Virus record (IMG/VR): IMGVR_UViG_3300025168_000070
Source of the DNA: an uncultured virus (IMG/VR IMGVR_UViG_3300025168_000070)
Taxonomy: Duplodnaviria; Heunggongvirae; Uroviricota; Caudoviricetes
DNA length: 64,000 bases
Reading direction: 5' to 3' (one strand)
Shown here: positions 62,887-64,000 of the stretch, piece by piece
How positions within the stretch are numbered: the first letter of the stretch is position 1
Layout of the letters: every line of letters starts with the position of its first letter
Position numbers and translations under genes: made by a program
The notes under the pieces: model-generated
Seen by the model: the letters and a program-made list of their open reading frames with translations, nothing else
Told to the model about the DNA's origin: nothing
Databases searched by the model: none

Positions 62887-63690
62887 AAGTATAGAGGAAG
62901 GAACTGGGTTCAGTTTGGCTAGAACCGACTGGATTCAGGACCTTCCTACTAACCCCTAAAGGGGTTAACAACGGACTTTTTACCCTTACCTTCGGTATCG
63001 GTCCAACAATTTTCGGTTGCTAACTACTATGCTTTTTCAATACCGAAGGTATTGGTAAGATATAGTAAGGCCGGTTTTTCTCAGAGATTTTTCTCTCTTT
63101 AGAGAGTCCAAGCAATTTTGGCTATTTTCTTGAAACTAGTTGCTTTAGTTAATATTGAATCGTGATTCAATCGTTTTTACCATTGGTCAAATCTTGCTAT
63201 TTAGATATTGACTGAAAGTCATCCGATTAATAGAGTTTTTTTTGGGTCCGGTCAATTAACTATATTATCAGATAATATAGATAATTGGTTTAATTTTACT
63301 GCTAAAAATGGCTTCAAAAACAATCATCTCGCACGTAGGACTCTCGCACGGGGGGAGACATCAGAAGTCCCTGCGTGGAGTCCGTGTGCGCCACCTATGT
63401 CTCTAAGATTGCCGAAAAAACAAACATCTTGCGTGTGTTCTCCTGTGTACTCTCAGCGTGAAGATATTCTTTAGAATATCCGTGTGGAGTCGTTGCTAGA
63501 AACGGTGCGTATATTTTAATAGACTAAAGTCTAGTAAAATGGTATCCGTGCGCTAAATACCTACTGAGGTATTTTGACTGAAACTTTTGCTCATTTTTTT
63601 TGGTTGATAACTGGAGCAGAGCCAAAAGACGCACGTAGTCTAGTACTAGACCGATACTCTTTTAGTGCGTAGGCCTCTGCGAATAGAACG

Positions 63691-64000
63691 ATGGAGATAA
63701 GAAATGAAACCCTTACCCTATGCTTAATGCTGATTGCCACAGTCGGAGGTCTTGTCCTACCTTCGGTTGAAATGGTCTTTGGACTATTCTTTGAATACTT
63801 TGAATTGGTAGTTTCCACACTATCATTCGTTGGCTTCGCAGGAATAGTTTCAGATTCGGACTTACAAGTACTACGACAGAGAATTAAAGGTCGTTATTCA
63901 GGTGCTTACAGGCTGAAAGCCGAGAAATCAAGTGCTTGTCCTGTTTGTGATTATGATATGCAGAATGACGAAGTTGTGAATGTACTTCGACATGATAGAA
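63691..64000 (+). CDS. membrane protein with CPVC motif, truncated by window end
   Basis: MEIRNETLTLCLMLIATVGG...SACPVCDY.. open to position 64000. Confidence 0.5.
   Translation, partial: MEIRNETLTLCLMLIATVGGLVLPSVEMVFGLFFEYFELVVSTLSFVGFAGIVSDSDLQVLRQRIKGRYSGAYRLKAEKSSACPVCDYDMQNDEVVNVLRHDR

Noticed and set aside
63208..63818. ORFs 63208-63474 (+) and 63591-63818 (-)
   Set aside because: Weak starts, no RBS, overlap with the structured region or with the better + strand ORF at 63691
1..64000. Alternative genetic code or integrated provirus
   Set aside because: Long ORFs are intact under the standard code; no integrase, att site or host genes in the window

Overview
The window is part of a tailed dsDNA archaeal virus genome. 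Gene content and host-like surface repeats point to a magrovirus-like virus of Marine Group II (Poseidoniales) archaea; this host call is an inference. (1) 1-23 kb, + strand: small early genes, then an archaeal-type replication/repair module (MCM-like AAA+ ATPase, RFC small subunit, RPA-like protein, P-loop ATPase, probable sliding clamp, PolB, Cas4-like nuclease, fused PriS-PriL primase, ERCC4 nuclease, dNMP kinase, DenV-like glycosylase). It also has five small winged-helix proteins and a probable PAC2-family proteasome chaperone. (2) 23-58.6 kb, - strand: siphovirus-like morphogenesis module (portal, protease-scaffold, decoration protein, major capsid, adaptors, three collagen-like fibre proteins beside a 2OG-Fe(II) oxygenase, tail tube, frameshifted tail chaperones, tape measure, giant tail protein). 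(3) 58.8-61.8 kb, + strand: metallophosphoesterase and terminase, followed by a hairpin-rich non-coding region. The most unusual signals are not protein-coding. The heptamer GTTGCTA/TAGCAAC occurs about 120 times by hand count against roughly 8 expected. GATC, AGCT and CCAGR appear to be absent. Two inverted copies of a ~165-bp palindromic element lie 52 kb apart. A promoter-driven candidate small RNA carries an anti-RBS loop. All protein calls come from motifs recognised by eye; no searches were run.
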